This document shows, one piece after another, positions 1 to 7,500 of a stretch of 32,442 bases of DNA (position 1 is its first letter; each line of letters opens with the position of its first letter). The DNA is from Pyrinomonadales bacterium (GTDB lineage: Bacteria > Acidobacteriota > Blastocatellia > Pyrinomonadales > Pyrinomonadaceae). The DNA is taken from NCBI GenBank assembly GCA_038330465.1, contig JBBQOA010000001.1, forward strand, positions 1 to 32,442, read 5' to 3'. The notes beneath the pieces were generated by a model that worked only from the letters and a program-made list of their open reading frames with translations, was not told where the DNA came from and made no database searches. A program made the position numbers and the translations under genes.

Positions 1-8
1 AAACAAAC

Positions 9-812
9 TTAAATAATTGTCGTCACAATTTCGCGGATGCTGCGCTGCAATTCGCGGTCGTCGGTGATCGGCGAGCAGATCGCGACTTCCGCCGCCGCGA
101 CGGGCGAAATTCCTTTGGCGATCATTTGGGCGGCGTAGATCAGCAGACGCGTTGAAACGCCTTCTTCGAGTCCGTGTCCGCGCAGGTTGCGCACCTTTTG
201 ACCGATCTTCACTAAATCTTGCGCGGTGTTTGCGTCGATGCCGCCTTCTTTGGCGACGATCGCGGCTTCGTCTTCGGCGTTCGGGTAATCGAATTCCATC
301 GCGACGAAGCGCTGACGCGTCGATTGTTTGAGGTCTTTCAAAATTGATTGATAACCCGGATTATACGAAACAACGAGCATAAATTCGGGCGGCGCTTCGA
401 TCACCGTGCCGCGTTTTTCGATCGGCAGACGGCGGCGGTCGTCCGTTAAAGGATGAATGATGACGACCGTATCTTTGCGCGCTTCGACGACTTCGTCCAA
501 ATAGCAAATTGCGCCCGCGCGAACGGCGGTTGTCAGCGGTCCGTCGTGCCAGACGGTTTCTTCGCCTTCGAGCAAAAAACGCCCAACGAGATCGGTCGCC
601 GACAGATCTTCGTGACAGGCGACCGTGATCAGCGGGCGATTCATCCGGTACGCCATATATTCGACAAAACGCGTTTTGCCGCAGCCCGTCGGACCCTTGA
701 GCATGACCGGCAATTTTGCCGCGTAAGCCGCTTCAAAGAGTTCGACTTCCTGATTGATCGGTAAATAATAAGGTTCGTTGTTGACTTTGTATTTTTCGAC
801 AGCTAATTCCAT
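9..812 (-). CDS. CbbQ/NirQ/NorQ/GpvN-family MoxR-like AAA+ ATPase
   Basis: 267-aa ORF with Walker A GPTGCGKT and Walker B-like [40 protein letters not shown] and [18 protein letters not shown] closely match the CbbQ/NorQ family signature. The usual vWA partner (CbbO/NorD) would lie beyond the left edge. Confidence 0.9.
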   Translation of the reverse strand: MELAVEKYKVNNEPYYLPINQEVELFEAAYAAKLPVMLKGPTGCGKTRFVEYMAYRMNRPLITVACHEDLSATDLVGRFLLEGEETVWHDGPLTTAVRAGAICYLDEVVEARKDTVVIIHPLTDDRRRLPIEKRGTVIEAPPEFMLVVSYNPGYQSILKDLKQSTRQRFVAMEFDYPNAEDEAAIVAKEGGIDANTAQDLVKIGQKVRNLRGHGLEEGVSTRLLIYAAQMIAKGISPVAAAEVAICSPITDDRELQRSIREIVTTII

Positions 813-857
813 AGAGTTTGCAGAGTTTGCAGAGTTTGCAGAGTTTGCAGAGTTTAC
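813..857. repeat. 9-bp tandem repeat (agagtttgc x4 perfect plus agagtttac) abutting the CbbQ-like start codon
   Basis: Read directly: units at 813-821, 822-830, 831-839, 840-848 and 849-857. The ATG (810-812 on the minus strand) follows immediately, with no Shine-Dalgarno between. Confidence 0.95.
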
Positions 858-1100
858 AAGATAATCTCAAAACCCGTTGAACCCAAGCGGCGCTTCTGCG
901 AACTAAGGTTCAATCTTATCATTCGGCTGAAAATCGTGGCAAAGCAAGAAAAGGAGAAAAGGAAAATAAGAAGAAAAGACGTCGGAAAAAACACCGGCGG
1001 CGCGTGCCGAAGGCTGTCTTACGGCGCGCCTTTGCTGCTGTAAGAAAACACTTAAGTGTGTTTTTTGAGAGCGGTTTCCTCGCTTTTTCATTCTTTTATG

Positions 1101-1142
1101 GCAAAAACAAATATCCGCCGACATTTCTGACGGCGGATATTT
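1101..1142 (-). terminator. Intrinsic terminator downstream of nrdJ
   Basis: 12-bp perfect stem aaatatccgccg (1109-1120) / cggcggatattt (1131-1142) with a 10-nt loop. On the minus strand it is followed by GTTTTTGC. It lies 26 nt after the nrdJ stop. Confidence 0.7.
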
Positions 1143-1167
1143 GCGGTTTTAAGTTGAAGGAAAAAGT

Positions 1168-3732
1168 TTACTTACATTTTGAATAACCGCAGTCGCGGCA
1201 GAAATCGCAGCCCGAAGCGTGTTCGAGTTGACCTTTGCATTCCGGACATTCGCCGATCAGATTCGACATTTTTGTTTCCATCGGCGCGGGCGTCGGCTCG
1301 ATCTTTCCTGCCGCCATTTTACTCATTTGCCTCTCGGACGCGGGCAGATTTTTGAGCCTCCGGTCGATCAGCAGCAAACATTCGGCGATCGCTTGTTCGG
1401 GCGAAGTCAGCAGGCGTTCGTTGAACCAGACGGCGTGCGTGCCCGTTACTTTGTTCAAACTGCGGGCGACTTCCTTGACCTCAAAACTGCCGCGCAGCAT
1501 TCGCGAAGCGAGAAGTCCGACGCCTTCCGAGATCGGACCGGTCGCGAAAACTTCCAAAATGCGTTCGCCGTTGTGATTGACCGTCACATACAAATTGACG
1601 CCGTCAAACGGAATCCGCCAGGTCGAACCCTGCAGCTCGCGCGGACGCTCGATATGCCGCGACGTTTCTTTCTGTTTTTCAACGACGACAAATTCCTTGT
1701 CTTGTCCGATCGCGTCTTCGGTCGTGTGAATTTCCTCGTCGGTTTTCTTTACTTCGGCTTTCATCGAGGTCAAGACCTGACCTTCGCGCGAACCGTCGCG
1801 GTAATAGCTGACCGCTTTGCAGCCGAGATCTTTCGCCATCCGGTAAAGTTTATCGACCGATTCGACGGTGTCGTCGTGCGAACCGTTGCAGGTTTTCGAG
1901 ATCGAATTGTCGACGTGTTTCTGCGCCGCCGCCAAAACCTGCACGTGCTGGTGCGAAGTGATGTCCATCGCCGAAATGAAATACGGCGGAAGCTCGTCGA
2001 GATGTTCGACAACATAATTTGCCGCCGTTCTGATCGATTCTTCGTCCGTTTGATCGACTTCGATGCCCAATGCTTCCGCCGCCAAGGTGTGCACGTAATG
2101 ACGCTCTCCCAAAGTGTCGCGGCGGACATACGCCCACGAGAAATTCGGTTCGATGCCCGAAGAAGTTTCGTCGACGAGCGAGATCGTGCCGGTCGGCGCG
2201 ATCGTCGTCACTTCGTAATTGCGCGGCGTTAGCGGCAGATCGTGCGGAATGCCGATCTCTTCGTACAAAAACTTTGCGTAATCCTGACGATTGGCTTCAA
2301 ATTCCGGAAAGACGCCTTTTTCCGCGCCGAGCCGGAGCGACATCACCCACGCTTCGCGGCGGATAAAGCCCATCACTTTTTCGATCAATTCGATCGAATC
2401 CTGATAACCGTAAGTTACCTTGAGCGCGAGACAGAGATCGGCAAAACCCATAATTCCGAGTCCGACGGGACGCGTTCGTTTGACGACATCGTCGATCTCG
2501 GGCAGCGGAAAATGTCCGGCGTCAACGACATTGTCCAAAAACTGTGTCGAAAGATGCGTCGCCCGCGCGAGTCGCGCCCAATCGATACATTCATCGGCAT
2601 CGCATCCGTCGCCAACCTTTTTATAAAATTTTGCGACGTCGATCGAACCGAGGTTGCACGAATTATTAAAATGAAGCATCTGTTCGCCGCAAGGATTACA
2701 GGCGTGGATCGGTCCCATCGAGGAGATCATATGATTATGACGATTGACCTCGTCGATATAGATGATGCCGGGTTCGGCGTATTTATGCGCCGAGGCGATC
2801 ACGCGGTTCCAGATATCGGGCGCGTAAACCATTCCCGCGACGGGCGGTTTTTCGACGCGGCAATCGGAAAGATCGGCGGTTTCAAAGGCAAGTTTGTCGG
2901 CAAAGGTCACGGTTTCGCCGTTCGGACGGCGATAGACGACATAATCTGTGCCGGTGACGGCGTCAAAAATGGTTTGCGTCCAGGTTTCGCCGTCAAATTC
3001 GGTTTGAAACCATTCGTGATTATCGACCGCTTCCATAAAATTGTCGGTGACGGTCACGGAGATATTGAAATTGGTCAGGCTGTGCTGGTCGTTCTTGGCG
3101 TGGATAAAGCGCAGAACGTCGGGGTGTTTGATGCTTAAAATACCCATATTCGCGCCGCGCCGGACGCCGCCTTGTTTGACGACTTCGGTCGTGCCGTTGA
3201 CGATGTTCATAAAAGAGACCGGACCCGAAGCGACACCGCGCGTCGAATTGACCATCGACCCGGCGGGGCGCAGGAATTCATAGGTCATTCCGGTGCCGCC
3301 GCCCGTTTGATGAATGATCGCGACATTCTGCGCGTGTTCCATAATGCCCTGAATCGAATCGGGCACGTTGAGCACGAAACAGGCGGCGAGCTGTCCTTTC
3401 GGTTTTCCGGCGTTGACTAAACACGGCGTGTTCGGCACAAATTCGCGGTTGAGCATCACTTCGACCATCGAATCGTAAAAGTAATCGCGTTTGACCGAAT
3501 CGGTTTCCGCCTTCGAGACGTGACCGACGACGCGACGGACGATGTCGCCCCAAGTTTCGAGCGGTTCGCCGTTCAGATCTTTCAGTGAATAGCGTTTACC
3601 GATAACTTTTTGAGCATTCAACCCCGGCGCTTTTTCTTCGCGTTTGAGAGAAGTTCCCGTACCGTTTCCATTCGATTTTCCATTTTTGGCGACAATTTCG
3701 CTCACGCCGACAGGCTCAAAGACTGTGCTCAT
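1168..3732 (-). CDS. nrdJ: Class II (adenosylcobalamin-dependent) ribonucleoside-triphosphate/diphosphate reductase
   Basis: Long ORF with RNR motifs [15 protein letters not shown] and [10 protein letters not shown]. It ends in the Cys-rich zinc-ribbon tail [26 protein letters not shown] typical of NrdJ. The ORF-track start 3768 is a GTG without an SD; ATG 3732 (MSTVFEPVG) has AGGAGA about 10 nt upstream and is preferred. The start is uncertain by 12 codons. Confidence 0.93.
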   Translation of the reverse strand: MSTVFEPVGVSEIVAKNGKSNGNGTGTSLKREEKAPGLNAQKVIGKRYSLKDLNGEPLETWGDIVRRVVGHVSKAETDSVKRDYFYDSMVEVMLNREFVPNTPCLVNAGKPKGQLAACFVLNVPDSIQGIMEHAQNVAIIHQTGGGTGMTYEFLRPAGSMVNSTRGVASGPVSFMNIVNGTTEVVKQGGVRRGANMGILSIKHPDVLRFIHAKNDQHSLTNFNISVTVTDNFMEAVDNHEWFQTEFDGETWTQTIFDAVTGTDYVVYRRPNGETVTFADKLAFETADLSDCRVEKPPVAGMVYAPDIWNRVIASAHKYAEPGIIYIDEVNRHNHMISSMGPIHACNPCGEQMLHFNNSCNLGSIDVAKFYKKVGDGCDADECIDWARLARATHLSTQFLDNVVDAGHFPLPEIDDVVKRTRPVGLGIMGFADLCLALKVTYGYQDSIELIEKVMGFIRREAWVMSLRLGAEKGVFPEFEANRQDYAKFLYEEIGIPHDLPLTPRNYEVTTIAPTGTISLVDETSSGIEPNFSWAYVRRDTLGERHYVHTLAAEALGIEVDQTDEESIRTAANYVVEHLDELPPYFISAMDITSHQHVQVLAAAQKHVDNSISKTCNGSHDDTVESVDKLYRMAKDLGCKAVSYYRDGSREGQVLTSMKAEVKKTDEEIHTTEDAIGQDKEFVVVEKQKETSRHIERPRELQGSTWRIPFDGVNLYVTVNHNGERILEVFATGPISEGVGLLASRMLRGSFEVKEVARSLNKVTGTHAVWFNERLLTSPEQAIAECLLLIDRRLKNLPASERQMSKMAAGKIEPTPAPMETKMSNLIGECPECKGQLEHASGCDFCRDCGYSKCK

Positions 3733-3751
3733 ATTCAATCGTTCTCCTCTA

Positions 3752-3768
3752 GTGTCTTTTAAAGACAC
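3752..3768. promoter_or_regulatory. 17-nt palindrome gtgtctttTaaagacac in the nrdJ leader, just upstream of the SD
   Basis: 8-bp arms with 1 central nt, read directly. It overlaps the alternative GTG start. Function unknown (RNA hairpin or protein site). Confidence 0.3.
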
Positions 3769-3890
3769 AATGGTCTGTTTAATTTAAATTTTACTCGTTT
3801 CTAGTGCATTTTGAAATGCGGGTGTAGTAGTAATACTTAATGGTTTTTGCTCAAAAAGCAGAGTTATTGGTTTGTTCTTGAGCGAATTGA

Positions 3891-3920
3891 AATATAACCC
3901 AACTTAAATCCGCTTGTCAA
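3891..3920 (-). promoter_or_regulatory. Sigma70-type promoter for nrdJ (TTGACA - 18 nt - TATATT)
   Basis: The minus strand reads ctaTTGACAagcggatttaagttgggtTATATTtc. It sits immediately downstream of the NrdR box and about 160 nt upstream of the nrdJ ATG. Confidence 0.55.
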
Positions 3921-3929
3921 TAGAAAAAT

Positions 3930-3945
3930 ACACAATATATTGTGC
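3930..3945. promoter_or_regulatory. NrdR box (acacaatatattgtgc)
   Basis: 14-bp perfect palindrome cacaatatattgtg matching the NrdR operator consensus acaCwAtATaTwgtgt. It lies 10 nt upstream of the -35 of the nrdJ promoter. No convincing second box was seen at the usual ~31-bp spacing. Confidence 0.75.
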
Positions 3946-4023
3946 CGTTCACGAAAAATTTACCCAAATAGCGCGTAACTTAAAGTAATGCCTTAAGTTT
4001 TGCGTTTGAAAAAAAATCTTCCC

Positions 4024-4094
4024 ATTCCAAGTTCCAAGTTTCGAGTTCCAAGTTGGTTTCGATCTCTTAAAACCAGCGAACTCGAAACTTGGAA
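4024..4094. repeat. Heptad repeat ttccaag|ttccaag|tttcgag|ttccaag plus 16-bp inverted repeat
   Basis: Direct units at 4025, 4032, 4039 and 4046. Perfect IR ttccaagtttcgagtt (4032-4047) / aactcgaaacttggaa (4079-4094) with a 31-nt spacer. Located in the divergent nrdJ/hslO intergenic region. Confidence 0.9.
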
Positions 4095-4137
4095 TCGCGA
4101 TTGACTTTTCGCGTCCGAATTTCCGAAACTGTAATCT

Positions 4138-5031
4138 ATGGACAAACTTATTCACGGTTTAGCGGCGGATGCAACCGTTCGTGTGATGGCGACAACCACC
4201 ACCGAAACGGTGCGCGAAGCGGTGCGCCGACATCAAACATCGCCGACGGCATCCGTCGCTTTAGGGCGCGTTTTAACGGGGACATTGCTTTTAGGTTCGA
4301 GTCTCAAAGACTTTGACCGCTTGACCGTGAAAATTGAATCCAATGGTTCGGTAGAAGGAATTGTAACCGAGACGGTCGCGCGCGGTAAAGTGCGCGGATA
4401 CATAAAAAATCCGCTCGCCGATCTGCCGCAAAAAACGGACGGCAGTTTCGATGTTCGGGGAATTATCGGACAGGGAATGTTGACCGTCATTCGCGAATCG
4501 GGCTTTGAACTCGGACTGCACCGCGAGCCTTATATCGGTTCGGTGAAGATCGAATCGGGCGAGATCGCCGAAGATTTCGCGCATTATTTATTAAAAAGTG
4601 AACAAATTCCGTCCGCCGTGATGCTCGGCGTTTTGCTCCAAACGGAAGCGCCGTTTATCCATTGCGCGGGCGGCGTGATGATTCAGATGCTGCCGACGGC
4701 TGACCCGAATATCGCCGTCATGATCGAAGACACGATCCTTCACGCGCCGCCTCTGACGGCGGCGATCAAAGAAGGCGCGACCGCCGAAGACCTTCTGAAA
4801 ATGACGCTCGGCATTATCGATTATGAGATCTTGGGCGAAAAGGAAGTCGGGTTTGAATGCAACTGCTCGTTCGAACGTGCCGTTCAGCTCATCTCGTCGC
4901 TCGGCAAACGGGAAGTCGCGTCGATGCTCGAAGAAGACCACGGCGCAACGATGACCTGCGGATTTTGCAGCACGGTTTATACATTGGACGAGAACGATTT
5001 GCGGAAGATCTTAGAAACGGAAGCGGATTAA
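4138..5031 (+). CDS. hslO: Hsp33 redox-regulated chaperone
   Basis: 297 aa with an Hsp33 N-terminal domain (VRVMATTTTETVREA..H..SP.A..ALGR). The C-terminal zinc redox switch is CNCSFERA...CGFCSTVY (CxC ... CxxC). Confidence 0.92.
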   Translation: MDKLIHGLAADATVRVMATTTTETVREAVRRHQTSPTASVALGRVLTGTLLLGSSLKDFDRLTVKIESNGSVEGIVTETVARGKVRGYIKNPLADLPQKTDGSFDVRGIIGQGMLTVIRESGFELGLHREPYIGSVKIESGEIAEDFAHYLLKSEQIPSAVMLGVLLQTEAPFIHCAGGVMIQMLPTADPNIAVMIEDTILHAPPLTAAIKEGATAEDLLKMTLGIIDYEILGEKEVGFECNCSFERAVQLISSLGKREVASMLEEDHGATMTCGFCSTVYTLDENDLRKILETEAD

Positions 5032-5738
5032 AATCTGATCTGGCTCGAATGAATGACGCCTGTTCTGCCGCAGGCGTCGGTGTAATACCAGGTGCCGTTG
5101 TTGTCGGAAACGTTGGTCGGACCGAGAATGTTGACGGTTGACCGCTGCCGGACAACGCAGAGGATCGTGCCGTTCGGCGAGAGCCGAATATTGGTCGGCG
5201 GATCGATAATTGTTGCCGTTCTTGAATCGGCAGGTTTCGGCGTTTGCGCGGCGTCCTTCTTTTTGGCTTCGAGCGCCTTTCGTTCGTCTTCGAGTTTTTG
5301 CTTATCTTTATCGAGTTTTTCCTGCTGCGCCTTCAGATTTTGCGCGAGATTGTCGTTATCGGATTTTTGTTCGGCGGAATTTTTGTTCGATTTATCATTG
5401 GAATTCACAATATTGGCGATGTTCGTAACTTTTTTATCCGCATTCGATAAGCCGTAAATCACCAACCCGACGATCGCACCGCCGCCGACAAGCGCGAAAA
5501 AACCGACCAGCAAAGCGATCAAAACCGTCTGGCTTTTTTTCGGCTGAGCCGTTGGCGGATAGGCAACCGGCGGCGTAAATTGCGAATTGTCCGGGACGGT
5601 CGGAAAAGGCGCGCCGCTGAAAACCGTCGGTGTTTCGGAAGTGAACGAATCGGAAATACTGACGAGCGTCGAACCGTCCGCCAAACAAAAATTCGTCTCG
5701 TCGCCGTAAATCTGTGTGCATTGCAGACATTTTTTCAT
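5028..5738 (-). CDS. Membrane-anchored protein: N-terminal zinc ribbon, one TM helix, K/E-rich coiled coil, SH3b-like C-terminus
   Basis: Preferred start is MKKCLQCTQIYGDETNFCLADGS (ATG 5738); the ORF-track extension to 5834 lacks support. TM helix VLIALLVGFFALVGGGAIVGLVIYGL, then a charged repeat region and GTWYYTDACGRTGVIHSSQI. No specific family recognised. Confidence 0.6.
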   Translation of the reverse strand: MKKCLQCTQIYGDETNFCLADGSTLVSISDSFTSETPTVFSGAPFPTVPDNSQFTPPVAYPPTAQPKKSQTVLIALLVGFFALVGGGAIVGLVIYGLSNADKKVTNIANIVNSNDKSNKNSAEQKSDNDNLAQNLKAQQEKLDKDKQKLEDERKALEAKKKDAAQTPKPADSRTATIIDPPTNIRLSPNGTILCVVRQRSTVNILGPTNVSDNNGTWYYTDACGRTGVIHSSQIRF

Positions 5739-5853
5739 ATTCTTGAAACCGAAATTCCTTGACGATGATATTGAGCGCGGCGGAGCGGATCCGCATAAAC
5801 ATCGAAAAACGACCTGACAAACAAAACCGAACACTCAGGTTTCAAAATATCTC

Positions 5854-6408
5854 TCATCTTCCTAGTTGCCGATACTGCTTGGCATCAGCCAAACGATTGA
5901 CGGCATTGCAGGTTTTAGCGATAACGATTATAAAAACAATAGGAGCCAACAAAATTCCCAACAGCGGAATTAAAGTTAGAATCGGGTAGGCGATATAAAG
6001 TCCGTTCGATAGCTTCGGTATCGGCAAAGAATATTCTTCAAGATAACGATTGTAGTCCGTCGGGAAACCGCCCCAAACTTGAAAGAGCCAATATAGATTG
6101 AAAAACGGAATAAAAAGAAATCCGACTGCCTTGCCCGCAGTTGTTCGAGTCGCACGTCCGCCTTGAATTGACGACCACATCTTGTAAATAACCACAAATG
6201 TAAGAATAATTTGGGTAATTAGAAAGGGAGCGATGGATAAAAAAATCAAGACTCCGACAAGAAGATTGGTTAGATTATCGTCAATCCCCATATTTCTCGG
6301 AATTTTGTAGCTGTCTAATAAAAAAAGTGCCGGAATTCCGAACAGAAAAAGAAATAGAAATGTAACAACTAACGCGCTGATATAAAGAGTTTTTGACATC
6401 CTAACCAT
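5854..6408 (-). CDS. Polytopic inner-membrane protein of unknown function (possibly DUF4328-like)
   Basis: 184 aa with about 5 hydrophobic helices. AAGGAG lies 5 nt upstream of ATG 6408. The motif FIPFFNLYWLFQVW resembles DUF4328, but this is a weak by-eye call. Confidence 0.6.
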   Translation of the reverse strand: MVRMSKTLYISALVVTFLFLFLFGIPALFLLDSYKIPRNMGIDDNLTNLLVGVLIFLSIAPFLITQIILTFVVIYKMWSSIQGGRATRTTAGKAVGFLFIPFFNLYWLFQVWGGFPTDYNRYLEEYSLPIPKLSNGLYIAYPILTLIPLLGILLAPIVFIIVIAKTCNAVNRLADAKQYRQLGR

Positions 6409-6506
6409 ATTTGCTCCTTTGATTTCAGATATTTATAAACTATTTTGCCGTGCATTACAAGAAAATTAGCGGCGCGGCTTTTGAAATCACCAAGCGATAA
6501 CTGATA

Positions 6507-7397
6507 ATGAGCGACGTAATGAAAGATTTGGAAAAGTTTTTTGCGGAAGCGAGTTTAATTGTTGACGAAACCTTAAACAAACTCATTCCGTCTGCCGAAA
6601 CGGCACCCGCAAGGCTTTACGAAGCCGTGCGATGGAGCATTTTTGCGAGCGGCAAGCGTTTTCGTCCCGCGCTCGTTTTGGCGGTCGGAAACGCTTTCGG
6701 TGCGGATGAAAACAAACTTTTGCGTACGGCTTCGGCGATCGAGATGATTCACACTTATTCGCTGATTCACGATGATCTGCCGGCGATGGATGATGACGAT
6801 TTGCGGCGCGGACGCGCGACCAGTCACGTTAAATTCGACGAAGCGACGGCGATTTTGGCAGGCGATATTTTGCAGACTCTCGCTTTTCAGGCAATCGCCA
6901 CGGACGCGCAATTATCGGATAAAACGCGTGTCAAACTGATTTGCGAACTCGCCGGCGCGGCGGCGAAAATGGTTGACGGACAACAGCTCGATCTGGACGG
7001 TGAGGGAAAGAAAATCTCGCTCGAAGATCTGGAAAAAATCCATCAAAACAAAACCGGCGCGATGATTTCTGTGTCGGCACGCAGCGGCGCGATCATCGCC
7101 GGAGCGAGCGTAAAAGAACTCGAAGCAATTACAAATTACGCCGAAAAACTCGGGTTATTGTTTCAAATCACCGACGATCTCTTGGACATCACGCAAACGA
7201 CCGAAGTTTTGGGCAAAACCGCCGGAAAAGACGAACTGGCGGAAAAAGCGACCTATCCGAGCATTTACGGCATTGCTGAAACGCAGAGATTGGCGGAAAA
7301 AGTTCACGCCGAAGCGATCGGAGAATTAAACGATCTCGACAAACCGACCGGAATTTTGCGCGACATCGCCGATTTTATTCTCGGGCGAAAATTCTGA
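6507..7397 (+). CDS. ispA: Farnesyl diphosphate synthase (short-chain trans-prenyl diphosphate synthase)
   Basis: FARM region IHTYSLIHDDLPAMDDDDLRRG..HVKF..A.AILAGD is almost identical to E. coli IspA. SARM is FQITDDLLD. An aromatic residue at position -5 of FARM fits a C15 product. Confidence 0.9.
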   Translation: MSDVMKDLEKFFAEASLIVDETLNKLIPSAETAPARLYEAVRWSIFASGKRFRPALVLAVGNAFGADENKLLRTASAIEMIHTYSLIHDDLPAMDDDDLRRGRATSHVKFDEATAILAGDILQTLAFQAIATDAQLSDKTRVKLICELAGAAAKMVDGQQLDLDGEGKKISLEDLEKIHQNKTGAMISVSARSGAIIAGASVKELEAITNYAEKLGLLFQITDDLLDITQTTEVLGKTAGKDELAEKATYPSIYGIAETQRLAEKVHAEAIGELNDLDKPTGILRDIADFILGRKF

Positions 7398-7500
7398 ATA
7401 ATTTGCCTGATCGAAAGGCTTGTCGGCAAACTGTTTTCGGCAATCTTATCGAAGGAATGGCTGGCTAAAGCCGCTCAAATAATCGGTCAAAAGAAATGGC

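Noticed and set aside
903-1186. Small ORFs 903-1124 (-) and 1004-1186 (+) in the cbbQ-nrdJ spacer
   Set aside because: They overlap each other and the nrdJ terminator, have low-complexity products, and have no SD.
1219-3138. Long plus-strand ORFs (337 aa and 298 aa, plus several of ~100 aa) antisense to nrdJ
   Set aside because: They lie entirely inside a gene with unmistakable RNR motifs on the other strand. Their products are R/F/D-rich and low-complexity with no motifs or SD, so they are typical shadow ORFs.
1168-3732. Intein or large insertion in nrdJ (the protein is ~850 aa)
   Set aside because: No intein block motifs are present (no Cys/Ser-led splicing junction followed by HN-Cys/Ser/Thr). 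The extra length is accounted for by the usual C-terminal TSCPD-like domain and zinc-ribbon tail.
3733-3768. GTG start at 3768 for nrdJ, and other ORF-track maximal starts (5834, 10870, 12013, 13429, 17843, 28429)
   Set aside because: In each case a downstream ATG has a better SD and/or produces a canonical signal peptide or N-terminus. The maximal extensions overlap neighbouring genes or regulatory repeats.
3733-3930. Cobalamin riboswitch in the nrdJ leader
   Set aside because: I found no B12-box-like GC-rich core; the leader is AT-rich. B12 riboswitches normally repress B12-independent RNRs, not nrdJ.
4003-4030. Sigma32-type heat-shock promoter (tTTGAAA ... CCCATtcc) upstream of hslO
   Set aside because: The spacer between the two elements is only ~9 nt, against the 13-15 nt required. 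It is probably a chance match within the repeat region.
4024-4094. CIRCE (HrcA) or HAIR (HspR) operator upstream of hslO
   Set aside because: The arms (ttccaagtttcgagtt) match neither TTAGCACTC-N9-GAGTGCTAA nor CTTGAGT-N7-ACTCAAG. The same arm sequence recurs as a terminator stem at 16779-16819, which argues for a dispersed repeat.
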